The position numbers were made by a program, and so were the translations under genes. Shown one piece after another: positions 1 to 8,679 of a stretch of DNA of 64,000 nucleotides. Within the stretch, counting starts at the first letter, position 1, and each line of letters opens with the position of its first letter. Below the pieces are notes generated by a model. That model saw only the letters and a list, made by a program, of their open reading frames with translations, had not been told where the DNA came from and did no database searches. The stretch is from a virus: positions 1 to 64,000 of the IMG/VR virus record IMGVR_UViG_3300022752_000027. One strand, given 5' to 3'.

Positions 1-327
1 GTTCAAGGCATGTTATATAATGGTCTTGTACAACCAAACTATCCATCTATCTCAGGAAGACCTACTAATATGTTAGGACATCTTCTAGAGAAATATCAGT
101 ACGTTGAACCTAACTATCCGTTAATTGCTGAAGCTTTATGGCTTTTAGCAGATCCAGATAGTTATAGAGCTAAAGTAAAAGAACAGGGTAAATCTGAAGC
201 TGTAGAAAAGACAGTTCGTCAATTAAAGACAGAACAAGCTAAAATGCAGACAAGTGCCCCTGTTGTTGAAAAAGAAGAAACAGTACAAAGAAGAATCCCA
301 CGTGGTGGTAACTTCTTTAAACGATAA
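1..327 (+). CDS. C-terminal part of the protein preceding the major capsid gene (scaffold/structural candidate), 5'-truncated by the window
   Basis: Frame is open from base 1 (VQG-MLYNG...) to TAA at 325-327; lies directly upstream of the capsid gene. Confidence 0.6.
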   Translation, partial: VQGMLYNGLVQPNYPSISGRPTNMLGHLLEKYQYVEPNYPLIAEALWLLADPDSYRAKVKEQGKSEAVEKTVRQLKTEQAKMQTSAPVVEKEETVQRRIPRGGNFFKR

Positions 328-359
328 ATGATAACCCTTTTAATTAAATAAATAAGTAA

Positions 360-1982
360 ATGGCAACTCCAGTTTTAAACAATGGTATATTTCTACGAGA
401 TACCAATTATGCGGCTAGTTCGCACGTAGATTCATACCACCTGGTTAACATGCTGAAGAATGCGGAGCCGATGGACCTTGGACCAGTTGACCTTTGGGCA
501 ATGGCACAAAAGGTTGAGATGCCGCTTTATCAGATGTCTTCCTTTGGTGGTAAGAATGTAATTAATGTAGACAATGCACGTGGTGAATACAAGTGGCAGA
601 CTCCTGTAGTTCAGGATCTTCCTTATATTGTAGATTCACAAGCTGCAGGTATTGTAGGTCTTGATGGTACTACTTTCCAGATCAAATTGTCACGCAGAGA
701 ATTTGGTCATGGTGATATCATCACTTACGATAAGTATAACGGATTTGAAATGTATGTTACTGCAGATGATATCCTTCCTCTTGGTGACGGTTTCTTGTAC
801 ACTGTACAACTCGTAAACAATGATACTGGTAACGGTATTGATGCTGATCAGTATCTTGTATCTGGTACCAAAATCTTCCGTAAAGGTTCTGCTCGTGGTG
901 AATATGGAGAAAGATTCTCTGATATCATCACAGCTACTGGCTTCCGTGAATTCTACAACTTTGTAGGTGGTGCAGAAGCACACGTACACTACTCTATTTC
1001 TAGCCGTGCTGATCTTATGATCAAGGGTGGTTTGAATGCAGATGGTACTGTACCTGTAACTGAAATCTGGAGAAACTTTGATAAGAACATTGATCCTGCT
1101 GTAGCTAACTTGGATACCATGGTTAGCCGTATGGGTAAGGATTATGTTAAACGTGCTATGTCTAACGGTTCTCTTAGCCGTACCTTCTTGACTACTTTGG
1201 AAGCTGCACACTTGACTAAAGTTGCAAATGACATTGAAACCTACTTGATGTGGGGACAAGGAGGTAGAGTACGTCAGGATGGTCCAGATGATATCCGTCT
1301 GTCAGTTGGTCTCTGGAAGCAGCTTGATAACTCATTCAAGCGTGTATACAACAAGTCTGGCTTTAGCTTGGATTTGTTCCGTTCTGAAATTTATAATTTC
1401 TATGCTGGTAAGGTTGAATTCAAGGGTCCAGATCCTAAGCGTCAACTGATTGTACAAACTGGTATGGGAGGTATGAGAATGGTAAATGAAGCAATCCGTA
1501 GAGAGGCTGTAGCTTCAGGTCTTGTAATCCAAGCTGCATCTGATGCAGGTATTGGTGCAGTATCTGGTCAAAGCATGGACTTGAACTTTGGATTTGCATT
1601 CACATCATATGTGATTCCATTCTTGGCAAACGTGAAGTTTGTATTGAATCCTGCATTTGATAACTTGCATACTAATGACATTGAAAACCCAATCATTGAT
1701 GGTTTTCCATTATCATCTTATAGCTTCATCATTTTTGATATCACTGACAACACCAATGATAACATCTTCTTGTTAAAGTTGTCTTGGGATAATCAATTGA
1801 AGTGGTGGTATCAAAATGGTACTATGGACTACATGGGTCGTACCCAAGGATTCCAGTCTTCTGGTCAATTCAACGGTTACCGTGTATTCATGACCCAAAC
1901 TATGCCTGCAATCTGGGTAAAAGACCCAACCAAGGTATTGAAGATTGTTATGAGAAACCCTGTAACAGGTGGTTCGTTCTAA
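360..1982 (+). CDS. Major capsid protein, crAss-like
   Basis: 540 aa with strongly biased codon usage; followed by a strong terminator; segments such as ETYLMWGQGG, VGLWKQL, VQTGMGG and FVLNPAFD, plus position, resemble crAss-like capsid proteins. Confidence 0.85.
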   Translation: MATPVLNNGIFLRDTNYAASSHVDSYHLVNMLKNAEPMDLGPVDLWAMAQKVEMPLYQMSSFGGKNVINVDNARGEYKWQTPVVQDLPYIVDSQAAGIVGLDGTTFQIKLSRREFGHGDIITYDKYNGFEMYVTADDILPLGDGFLYTVQLVNNDTGNGIDADQYLVSGTKIFRKGSARGEYGERFSDIITATGFREFYNFVGGAEAHVHYSISSRADLMIKGGLNADGTVPVTEIWRNFDKNIDPAVANLDTMVSRMGKDYVKRAMSNGSLSRTFLTTLEAAHLTKVANDIETYLMWGQGGRVRQDGPDDIRLSVGLWKQLDNSFKRVYNKSGFSLDLFRSEIYNFYAGKVEFKGPDPKRQLIVQTGMGGMRMVNEAIRREAVASGLVIQAASDAGIGAVSGQSMDLNFGFAFTSYVIPFLANVKFVLNPAFDNLHTNDIENPIIDGFPLSSYSFIIFDITDNTNDNIFLLKLSWDNQLKWWYQNGTMDYMGRTQGFQSSGQFNGYRVFMTQTMPAIWVKDPTKVLKIVMRNPVTGGSF

Positions 1983-2001
1983 TCATAATTTGTAATCATG
2001 T

Positions 2002-2027
2002 AAAGGGGGAGGGAAACCTCCCCTTTT
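2002..2027 (+). terminator. Intrinsic terminator after the capsid gene
   Basis: AAAG-GGGGAGG-GAAA-CCTCCCC-TTTT: GC stem, GNRA loop, T tract. Confidence 0.85.
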
Positions 2028-2044
2028 ATATAAAATTTAAAAAC

Positions 2045-2248
2045 ATGGGAATTTATAATAGACTTAAAACACAAGTTTGGCAAAGACTTGGTGACAGCCT
2101 TAATACAGTAGGTCCTCTTATTGGAACTACTGATCCTGATTTTACTCCACCTGCAGCTGGTATTATTTATGTTAATACTGCAGCACCATCAATTTGGATT
2201 TCTTCAAATACTTTGGATCCAAACTGCTGGAGACTTATCTGGTATTAA
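2045..2248 (+). CDS. Small protein (67 aa), possible capsid decoration/head-fibre-like domain
   Basis: ATG at 2045 in an A-rich context; PDFTPPAAGIIYVNTAAPSIWIS...W resembles small beta-rich fibre modules. Confidence 0.6.
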   Translation: MGIYNRLKTQVWQRLGDSLNTVGPLIGTTDPDFTPPAAGIIYVNTAAPSIWISSNTLDPNCWRLIWY

Positions 2249-2258
2249 AAAATAATTT

Positions 2259-2288
2259 AAAAGGGGGAGGATAATTACTCCCCTTTTT
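2259..2288 (+). terminator. Intrinsic terminator
   Basis: AAAAGGGGGAG-GATAATTA-CTCCCCTTTTT. Confidence 0.8.
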
Positions 2289-2322
2289 ATACTTTTATCA
2301 TAAATTTATTAAACCAACAAAA

Positions 2323-3339
2323 ATGAGTTTTACATTAATTGAACAGAACCCTGCAATTAAAAAAGGGCCAATTGCTATTAAACCGTACTTCAATAGCAAT
2401 GTACAAAACATGGGATTAGAGAAGTACGGATTATCATTGTATGATGGTGTACATCATGAGGAACAATTAGCTTGTGTTGAATTGAATGGTATCAGTAGAT
2501 ACCTTACTGGATTGAATGAATTTGCACCAGATGTAAAGATGCTTCCAGATCCAGAACAACGTGAGGCTAAGATTAGAGAGATTAGAAATACAGTTTGTCA
2601 ACTTGAGAAAGAACTTGCGGCAAACGTTATTAATCCCGATGATCCAGAATTTTGGAATAAGGTTAAATTACTAAGACCTGATAATCATGAGTTTTGGAGT
2701 AAGATAACACTTCGTTGTGGTAATGAACCATTGTTTTTAGATCCAGCAAAGGATCCATATGATTTAATTAAATTATATGCTATTCAGGCTGGTGGCTTTT
2801 CTATAATAGCAAAAAGCTATGAGGAGGCTAGAACTAAACAAAAACCACCGAAGTTTTATTTAGACAAGTACGAAGATACTGTGTCTACTAAAACAGAAAG
2901 TAAGAAGCTTCGTAACAAAGCATTGTCTGAGTTGCAGAAGTTATTTGATAAGAATACAAATAAACTGCTTTACATCGCTAAAGTAGTTGATGTAAGTAGT
3001 GTTCAGTACAAGAAATCTACACCAACAGATGTATTGTATGATAACATGGATACGTTCATTAATGGTAACGGTACCGAGAAGAATGCAAACAGAGCAGCAC
3101 AAATGTTCTTAGATGCAGCTAATCAGGACATGGAATCATTAAAACTGCGATCTATAGTTAAAGACTCTACTTACTATAAGTTGATTGCTACTAAATCAGA
3201 TGGATTTATCTATGAAGTAGCATCAGGTGCTATGATGGGTAGAACCCCTTCAGAAGTTGTTGAATATCTTAAGAATCCTCTAAATGAAGAAATTCTTGTG
3301 AATTTGACAAAAAAAGTTGAGAAGTATTGGAATCAATAA
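2323..3339 (+). CDS. Conserved crAss-like protein downstream of the capsid gene (structural/assembly, function unknown)
   Basis: 338-aa ORF with an A-rich start context; synteny. Confidence 0.6.
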   Translation: MSFTLIEQNPAIKKGPIAIKPYFNSNVQNMGLEKYGLSLYDGVHHEEQLACVELNGISRYLTGLNEFAPDVKMLPDPEQREAKIREIRNTVCQLEKELAANVINPDDPEFWNKVKLLRPDNHEFWSKITLRCGNEPLFLDPAKDPYDLIKLYAIQAGGFSIIAKSYEEARTKQKPPKFYLDKYEDTVSTKTESKKLRNKALSELQKLFDKNTNKLLYIAKVVDVSSVQYKKSTPTDVLYDNMDTFINGNGTEKNANRAAQMFLDAANQDMESLKLRSIVKDSTYYKLIATKSDGFIYEVASGAMMGRTPSEVVEYLKNPLNEEILVNLTKKVEKYWNQ

Positions 3340-3368
3340 GTATATTAATAATATAAACTATTTGTAAA

Positions 3369-3569
3369 ATGAAAAAGACAAAGAAAATGATGACTAGCGG
3401 CATGAGCAATAAAAATGCAAAAGCTGTTGCCCAAAAAGTACCAGGTTCTAAAGGTGTTACTCCTGGTGTAAATCCTAAAGTTTCTGCTACGCCTACCAAA
3501 TCATATGGTGGTAAAATGAAGATGGGAGGCAAAATGGGTTATGGTGGTATGAAGAAAAAAGCTTGCTAA
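3369..3569 (+). CDS. Small Lys/Gly-rich basic protein
   Basis: 66 aa; ends SYGG-KMKMGG-KMGYGG-MKKKAC; TAATG overlap with the next ORF. Confidence 0.7.
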   Translation: MKKTKKMMTSGMSNKNAKAVAQKVPGSKGVTPGVNPKVSATPTKSYGGKMKMGGKMGYGGMKKKAC

Positions 3570-3703
3570 TGAATAACCTGCTTTCCAAAGAGGAAAAAAA
3601 CAAAATGGTTTCTTACGAGAAACCTCAAGGAAAGAATAACAAGTCCCCCTATAAAAATGGGGGGCCTGTTAAAACCCTTAAAAAATGTGCCTGTGGCTGC
3701 TAA
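3569..3703 (+). CDS. Small basic protein (44 aa; not in ORF track)
   Basis: MNNLLSKEEKNKMVSYEKPQGKNNKSPYKNGGPVKTLKKCACGC; start coupled to the upstream stop (TAATG). Confidence 0.6.
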   Translation: MNNLLSKEEKNKMVSYEKPQGKNNKSPYKNGGPVKTLKKCACGC

Positions 3704-3767
3704 GAAGCAAATGATAAAACGCAAGGATGGATCCTACAGTCAACGAGGACTGTGGGACATATCTTAG
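3693..3767 (+). pseudogene. Orphaned 5' part of a small basic-protein gene truncated by the endonuclease insertion
   Basis: GTG start: MAAKKQMIKRKDGSYSQRGLWD-IS*; LWD lines up with LWN of the ORF after the endonuclease. Confidence 0.55.
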
Positions 3768-4440
3768 ATACTATTATGCTATCTTTAACTAAAGAACAGT
3801 CAATAAAATACATGACTAATAAAAGTCGTGAAGGAGTTATTTACAAAATAGTAAATTTAATTAATAATGATTTTTACATAGGAAGTACTCAAAATTTTAT
3901 TAAAAGATACTATACTCATATTAATCACATAAGAACTAATAAACAGTCTTGTGTTTTGTTAATTAGGGCTATTAATAAATACGGAGAGGAAAACTTTAAA
4001 TTAGAAATTATTGAAGAATGTTTACCGGATCAAATACTTGTTCGAGAACAATATTATTTAGACACCTTGCGCCCTAACTATAACACGGCAAAAGTTGCAG
4101 GTAGTAATATTGGGATAAAAAGAAGCAAAGAAGTCAAAGAAAAAAAATCCGCACAACAAAAGAAAAATTGGCAAAATAAAGAATACAAAGAAAAACATTT
4201 AGAGCTGTTATCTAAAAATTGGAAATCTGGAGAACAGCATAAAATGGCAAAATTGACTGAGATAAAAGTAATTGAAATAAAATTTAATTTAAAATTAGGT
4301 CATACACCAAAACAAGTTTCGGATATGCTAGGCGTTAGTTATCACTCGGTAAAAGATATTTCTAGAAACAAAACTTGGAAAAATATAATCGTATGAAAAA
4401 GAAATTAAATAAATTAGGCGTAGAAAATTCTTTGTGGAAT
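3759..4440 (+). mobile_element. Homing-endonuclease insertion, approximate limits
   Basis: AT-rich GIY-YIG cassette bounded by similar codon strings CTG TGG GAC (3750-3758) and TTG TGG AAT (4432-4440). Confidence 0.55.
3776..4396 (+). CDS. Free-standing GIY-YIG homing endonuclease
   Basis: GVIYKIVNLINNDFYIGST..KRY...E(Q)YY...NYN catalytic domain followed by a basic linker and HTH-like C-terminus; ATG 3776 preferred over GTG 3752. Confidence 0.88.
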   Translation: MLSLTKEQSIKYMTNKSREGVIYKIVNLINNDFYIGSTQNFIKRYYTHINHIRTNKQSCVLLIRAINKYGEENFKLEIIEECLPDQILVREQYYLDTLRPNYNTAKVAGSNIGIKRSKEVKEKKSAQQKKNWQNKEYKEKHLELLSKNWKSGEQHKMAKLTEIKVIEIKFNLKLGHTPKQVSDMLGVSYHSVKDISRNKTWKNIIV

Positions 4441-4530
4441 AACATCCGTGCTAATAAAGGTTCTGGTAAGAAACCTACTGCTGAAATGCTTAAGCAAGAA
4501 AAGAAGATTAAAGCTAAAACTAAAAAGTAA
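4393..4530 (+). CDS. Small basic protein (45 aa; not in ORF track)
   Basis: MKKKLNKLGVENSLWNNIRANKGSGKKPTAEMLKQEKKIKAKTKK; ATGA overlap upstream and TAATG overlap downstream. Confidence 0.7.
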   Translation: MKKKLNKLGVENSLWNNIRANKGSGKKPTAEMLKQEKKIKAKTKK

Positions 4531-4775
4531 TGGCAAAGTCACCGGCTTGGCAAAGAAAAGAAGGTAAGTCACCATCTGGAGGACTTAATGCTAAGGGACG
4601 TGCTTCATTAAAAGCAGCAGGTCATGATATTAAAGCACCTCAACCTGAAGGTGGTCCTAGAAAGAAATCTTTTTGTGCTAGAATGTCTGGTATGAAAAAG
4701 AAACTAACTTCTAGCAAAACAGCTAATGATCCTAATAGCAGGATCAATAAGTCCTTGCGTAAATGGAAATGTTAA
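4530..4775 (+). CDS. Small basic conserved phage protein (DUF6321-like, tentative)
   Basis: AWQRKEGK..GGLNAKGR...RKKSFCARM...DPNSRINKSLRKWKC is a recognisable, widespread small phage protein pattern. Confidence 0.7.
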   Translation: MAKSPAWQRKEGKSPSGGLNAKGRASLKAAGHDIKAPQPEGGPRKKSFCARMSGMKKKLTSSKTANDPNSRINKSLRKWKC

Positions 4776-4788
4776 ATCAATTACTATA

Positions 4789-5136
4789 ATGGCAAAGAAA
4801 ATTAAAAAATATCAGGGCGATAAAGCAAGTAGTCAAGTTACTAAAACTAGCTCTAATTCAACATCAAAAAGTATTGATTCTAAGTTTTACATTGATCCTA
4901 AAAAAGTAGGCGCTAAAGTAAATGTTGATCCTAAATTTTATATTGACCCTAAAAAGGTAGGTGCTAAACCTACAAATGATAAGGGTTTTTATAAGGATGT
5001 TCCCAAGAAAAAACCAGGCGGACAACTTAAAACAGTTGATGCCTCTAAAAATCCTGGTCTTGCTCAACTTCCTAAACCAGTAAGGAATAATATGGGGTAT
5101 GCTAAAAAAGGTGGTACTATTAAAAAGAAAAAATAA
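4789..5136 (+). CDS. Lys-rich protein with an internal tandem repeat (115 aa)
   Basis: ATG 4789 preferred over 4726; ends GYAKKGGTIKKKK. Confidence 0.7.
   Translation: MAKKIKKYQGDKASSQVTKTSSNSTSKSIDSKFYIDPKKVGAKVNVDPKFYIDPKKVGAKPTNDKGFYKDVPKKKPGGQLKTVDASKNPGLAQLPKPVRNNMGYAKKGGTIKKKK
4873..4968 (+). repeat. Two-copy 51-nt (17-aa) coding tandem repeat
   Basis: IDSKFYIDPKKVGAKVN / VDPKFYIDPKKVGAK, with mostly synonymous differences. Confidence 0.85.
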
Positions 5137-5282
5137 TGGCTGAAAAGAAAGATAAAAAATGGATTCAGAAGGCAATTAATCCTAAGCATAAAGGATATTG
5201 TACTCCCATGACTAAGTCTACCTGTACTCCAAAAAGAAAGGCGTTAGCAATGACCCTTAAAAAAATGGCCAAGAATAAATGA
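5136..5282 (+). CDS. Small basic protein (48 aa; not in ORF track)
   Basis: MAEKKDKKWIQKAINPKHKGYCTPMTKSTCTPKRKALAMTLKKMAKNK; TAATG and ATGA coupling on both sides. Confidence 0.7.
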   Translation: MAEKKDKKWIQKAINPKHKGYCTPMTKSTCTPKRKALAMTLKKMAKNK

Positions 5283-5986
5283 ATAACACTACTCTACAAT
5301 TAAAGATTAAGCAGCGACTTAATAAGTTAGCTAGTAATGATTATGACAACATTGAATGTTGGCAGATTGTAGAGGCATTTAATAAGGCACAAATTCATTG
5401 GGTTAGAAGACAAATCATTGGTCTTAATGCAGAAAGACAAGGGGATGAGCAAACAACAAGAAAGATTGATGATTTGCAAAACCTGTTAAAAGAAATATCT
5501 TTTCCAGTAATCCCTAAGAATTTATATGTAGAATCTGGACCATTACCGTCAGACTACCTACAGTATAAAAGAATAAGCGCCGATGCAAAAAAAGAATGCT
5601 GCACAAATCCAGCTGATTTAGCAGTAATTTTTATTGCTGAAGAACAGAATGTACCATTACTATTACAAAACACATTGAAGAAACCAAGTTTTGAATGGGG
5701 TGAAACATTCTGTACAATAGTTGGTGACAAGATTAGAATTTATACAAATAATGAATTTGATGTTGTCAATCCATATCTCATGTATTACAGAGAACCTGTA
5801 AAACTTCAAATAGCCGGTTGTGTTGATCCATATACATTAGCAACATCTACAACGGATGTTATTTGTGAGTTCCAGGATAATATTACAGAAATTCTGATTG
5901 ATGATACTGTAAAAATTCTAGCTGGAGATATTGAATCAATGAACCAGTATACAATAGCTAATAACTCGTCAGAATCAAATACATAA
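5279..5986 (+). CDS. Putative head-tail adaptor / ring protein
   Basis: 235 aa; helical N-terminus, LPSDYL, YYREP and terminal EILIDDTVKILAG pattern typical of crAss-like ring proteins. Confidence 0.6.
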   Translation: MNNTTLQLKIKQRLNKLASNDYDNIECWQIVEAFNKAQIHWVRRQIIGLNAERQGDEQTTRKIDDLQNLLKEISFPVIPKNLYVESGPLPSDYLQYKRISADAKKECCTNPADLAVIFIAEEQNVPLLLQNTLKKPSFEWGETFCTIVGDKIRIYTNNEFDVVNPYLMYYREPVKLQIAGCVDPYTLATSTTDVICEFQDNITEILIDDTVKILAGDIESMNQYTIANNSSESNT

Positions 5987-6429
5987 TGAATAACGTTCTT
6001 CAAAGATCCTTGAAAGGATCAACAACAGCAGCATCACCTGCAATAAAACCTTCTAAAAATGATATGGGTGTATTAGTATCTGAATTTTTAGAGTCTGTAA
6101 CTATTGTGCACAAAGCACATCTGAAAATTACTGGTCCTGGTTCATTTGCTGCTCATACTGCAATGGGTGCTTTCTATGATGAGATTGGTGATCTTGTTGA
6201 TGGTATTGCTGAGGCATACCAAGGATTGACAGAATCTCTTCTTGATATTCCTGCTACACAACCTGTTTCATTTACAAGTGCTGCCGATTGTGTTACATAC
6301 CTTAATGGTTTGTATGAAAAAGTAAATGCTGTACAGGCAAGTTGCTCATACTCTGAAATTAATAATGAATTAGATAACGTCAAAACTCTTATTAATAGTA
6401 CTAAGTATAAGCTTATTTTCTTAAAATAA
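5986..6429 (+). CDS. Dps/ferritin-like four-helix-bundle protein (DUF5856-like)
   Basis: HKAHL...SFAAHTAMGAFYDEI..LVDGIAEAYQG matches Dps-type H..H..D..E spacing; ends YKLIFLK. Confidence 0.75.
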   Translation: MNNVLQRSLKGSTTAASPAIKPSKNDMGVLVSEFLESVTIVHKAHLKITGPGSFAAHTAMGAFYDEIGDLVDGIAEAYQGLTESLLDIPATQPVSFTSAADCVTYLNGLYEKVNAVQASCSYSEINNELDNVKTLINSTKYKLIFLK

Positions 6430-6497
6430 TTTGGAACTTCATATAGAATTATCTATATTAAGTATATATATTTATTAACTTTTAAATTTTTTATAAC

Positions 6498-7835
6498 ATG
6501 TCTTATTTTAATCATGCCTTTCAAAAAGCATTTGTAGGTACTGAGGGATTCACTGCCCTTGGTGGTGGTGTACTTGGTACTGCTGGTAATATTCTTGCCA
6601 CTGGTCAATTTGCTTTTGTTGATCCAAATACTTGGACAGTAAGACCAACTACTTTTTCTGGTGAAGCTTGTCCTTTAGTTCTTGCTGCTGGTTCATTGTA
6701 TCAGAATGACAAAATTGGTAAGTTCCACGGTGGCTACCAAGAGTCTAACAAATCTAAAACGATTAATCCTAAGTATATCTCAAGATTTTATCGTGTAGAT
6801 TCTTGTAATCCTCAGAATGCACAAGTAACTGTGGGTGTTAACAACACTACTGATCTTGAAGCACAACCTACTTGTATCAAGCCATTCTATTGCGGCGAAA
6901 CCTATTACCTCCGTTTGGATATTAAAGGTTCACCAGTACTTCGTACCCTCAGCCGTAATACTTACTATACTGCTGATGCTTATACTGGTTGCTGCCCTGC
7001 AGATGCTATTGCACCTGTAGCAGTTAATCCTTTGATTGTATATGCTAACTGGGCAAATAACTTCTTGAGAAGTCCTCTGATCAAGCCATTTGTAAACATT
7101 CAGATTACTTACTCTACAGATGCTGGTGCTACATGGTCACAACTTGCTCCAAGTGATGCATATGTAGATAATGGTGAACCTGTACCAGCTGGTGCATCTA
7201 CTTCATTGACTGATCTTGCACAGTATCTTAATGGTACAACTGTATGGCCTGCTAATGCAACTCCAGAAGATACTCTTGCTGGTTTGATCATTAACGGTGG
7301 TTACATTGATACTCAGTTTGGTAACTGTACTTTCTATCCAAATGATTCTGTACTTGCTCGTGTGGAACCAGTTAAAATCTATGTTTCTGAAACTGATTTG
7401 AATGGTGACCCATGTGCATTTACTGGTCTTTGTGTAACTGAACAATGTTTGCCTGTACAAGGTAGTGGCTATGGTGAAACAGTTGCTCGTGATGTAATCC
7501 AATCAGAAATGTATTCACAGAACTACTTCTATACTGGTATGGATCTCCGTATCCGTGAGATTACTCAAGGATATGATTTGACCAATGCAATTGATAGAAC
7601 TGGTCAGTATACTCGTTACTACATTCAGCATAGTGTTCCACGTTTCAACAATCCTACTGGCACATTTGATAATGATCAATATTTGCTTGAGATTGTTACT
7701 GATGGTATAAATACAGCCTTTGAAACATATATGACTGCATGGCTTAATGCTTCACAAACAGGTAACTGTGTTGTACTTGAAGAATTCATTTGTTACGATG
7801 AATGTACTCCAGTTACTCCTACTGAAGCACCGTAA
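6498..7835 (+). CDS. Abundant virion structural protein (auxiliary capsid-type candidate)
   Basis: 445 aa; capsid-like codon bias; own AT-rich upstream region and downstream terminator. Confidence 0.55.
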   Translation: MSYFNHAFQKAFVGTEGFTALGGGVLGTAGNILATGQFAFVDPNTWTVRPTTFSGEACPLVLAAGSLYQNDKIGKFHGGYQESNKSKTINPKYISRFYRVDSCNPQNAQVTVGVNNTTDLEAQPTCIKPFYCGETYYLRLDIKGSPVLRTLSRNTYYTADAYTGCCPADAIAPVAVNPLIVYANWANNFLRSPLIKPFVNIQITYSTDAGATWSQLAPSDAYVDNGEPVPAGASTSLTDLAQYLNGTTVWPANATPEDTLAGLIINGGYIDTQFGNCTFYPNDSVLARVEPVKIYVSETDLNGDPCAFTGLCVTEQCLPVQGSGYGETVARDVIQSEMYSQNYFYTGMDLRIREITQGYDLTNAIDRTGQYTRYYIQHSVPRFNNPTGTFDNDQYLLEIVTDGINTAFETYMTAWLNASQTGNCVVLEEFICYDECTPVTPTEAP

Positions 7836-7849
7836 TCTGACTAAATACT

Positions 7850-7890
7850 AAAAAGGGGAGAGGGAGCTACAAACTCTCCTCTCCTTTTTT
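7850..7890 (+). terminator. Intrinsic terminator
   Basis: AAAAAGGGGAGAGGGAG-CTACAAA-CTCTCCTCTCCTTTTTT. Confidence 0.8.
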
Positions 7891-7917
7891 ATTTTTATAA
7901 CTCCAACTATTTCTATA

Positions 7918-8478
7918 ATGGAAAAACATCAATTAGCCATAGATATACCTGATACCCTAACACCATGTATTTTTAGGGTTGTAGATGCAAGTATTTACAG
8001 TGACATGATTCCTGTAGACTGCACAAGGATTGAAATTACTCCTCCTGGATTTACATCAGCTTTTGCTGTGGAGGATTTAGAACCAGGTTTTCTGGCTAAT
8101 CTAAGTGCTTGTGACTTAGGATTACAAACAGCAAACTGTGGTAATACCTATAATGAATTTTCAGATGGAGTATATATTGTAAAATACAGTGTTAATCCAA
8201 ATGAGATAGTTTACGCAGAGTATAATCATTTGCGTACAACTGTTGCTTTGAATAAAATTAATAGCTTACTTTGTTGCCTAGACATTCAGGATTGTGATCC
8301 AAAAACACCCCTGAAAGAAACATTAAAGGAAATTCAGTTTTTAACCACAATGTTAAAAGCAGCCAAGGCTAAAGTAGAGTATTGCCATTCACCAAAATTA
8401 GGAATGGATATATATAACTACGTAATTAAAAAACTTGATAAGCTTGCTTGTGGTTGTGGTTGTGACTCATGTAATTAA
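7918..8478 (+). CDS. Virion protein (tail hub/fibre attachment candidate)
   Basis: 186 aa; Ig-like DGVYIVKYSV strand followed by helices; ends ACGCGCDSCN. Confidence 0.5.
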   Translation: MEKHQLAIDIPDTLTPCIFRVVDASIYSDMIPVDCTRIEITPPGFTSAFAVEDLEPGFLANLSACDLGLQTANCGNTYNEFSDGVYIVKYSVNPNEIVYAEYNHLRTTVALNKINSLLCCLDIQDCDPKTPLKETLKEIQFLTTMLKAAKAKVEYCHSPKLGMDIYNYVIKKLDKLACGCGCDSCN

Positions 8479-8495
8479 TTTAAAACCAATATATT

Positions 8496-8678
8496 ATGAG
8501 TAAATGTGCAAATTGTGGAACAACATTAAGTTGTGGATGCCAAAAAAGAAGTTTTCCAGATGGAAGAGCAGGATGTAGTAAATGTATAAATACTCCTGCT
8601 AAATCAGAAACAAAATACCAGAATTTAAAAGATAATGCACCAGTGATTAATGCAGCATCACTAAACAAAAAAGATTAA
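8496..8678 (+). CDS. Small Cys-rich protein (possible zinc ribbon)
   Basis: CANC..LSCGC...GCSKC within 60 aa. Confidence 0.65.
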   Translation: MSKCANCGTTLSCGCQKRSFPDGRAGCSKCINTPAKSETKYQNLKDNAPVINAASLNKKD

Positions 8679-8679
8679 C

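Noticed and set aside
690-1259. Antisense ORF inside the capsid gene, and the other nested or antisense ORFs in the track
   Set aside because: They lie within well-supported genes, lack motifs, and are expected shadows of codon bias.
3643-3666. C-run/G-run hairpin as a terminator
   Set aside because: Lies within a coupled ORF (encodes SPYKNGG), is imperfect, and has no U-tract.
3755-4440. Group I intron around the GIY-YIG gene
   Set aside because: The ORF fills almost the whole insert, leaving no room for a ribozyme core, and I found no U|...G| junction that restores the frame.
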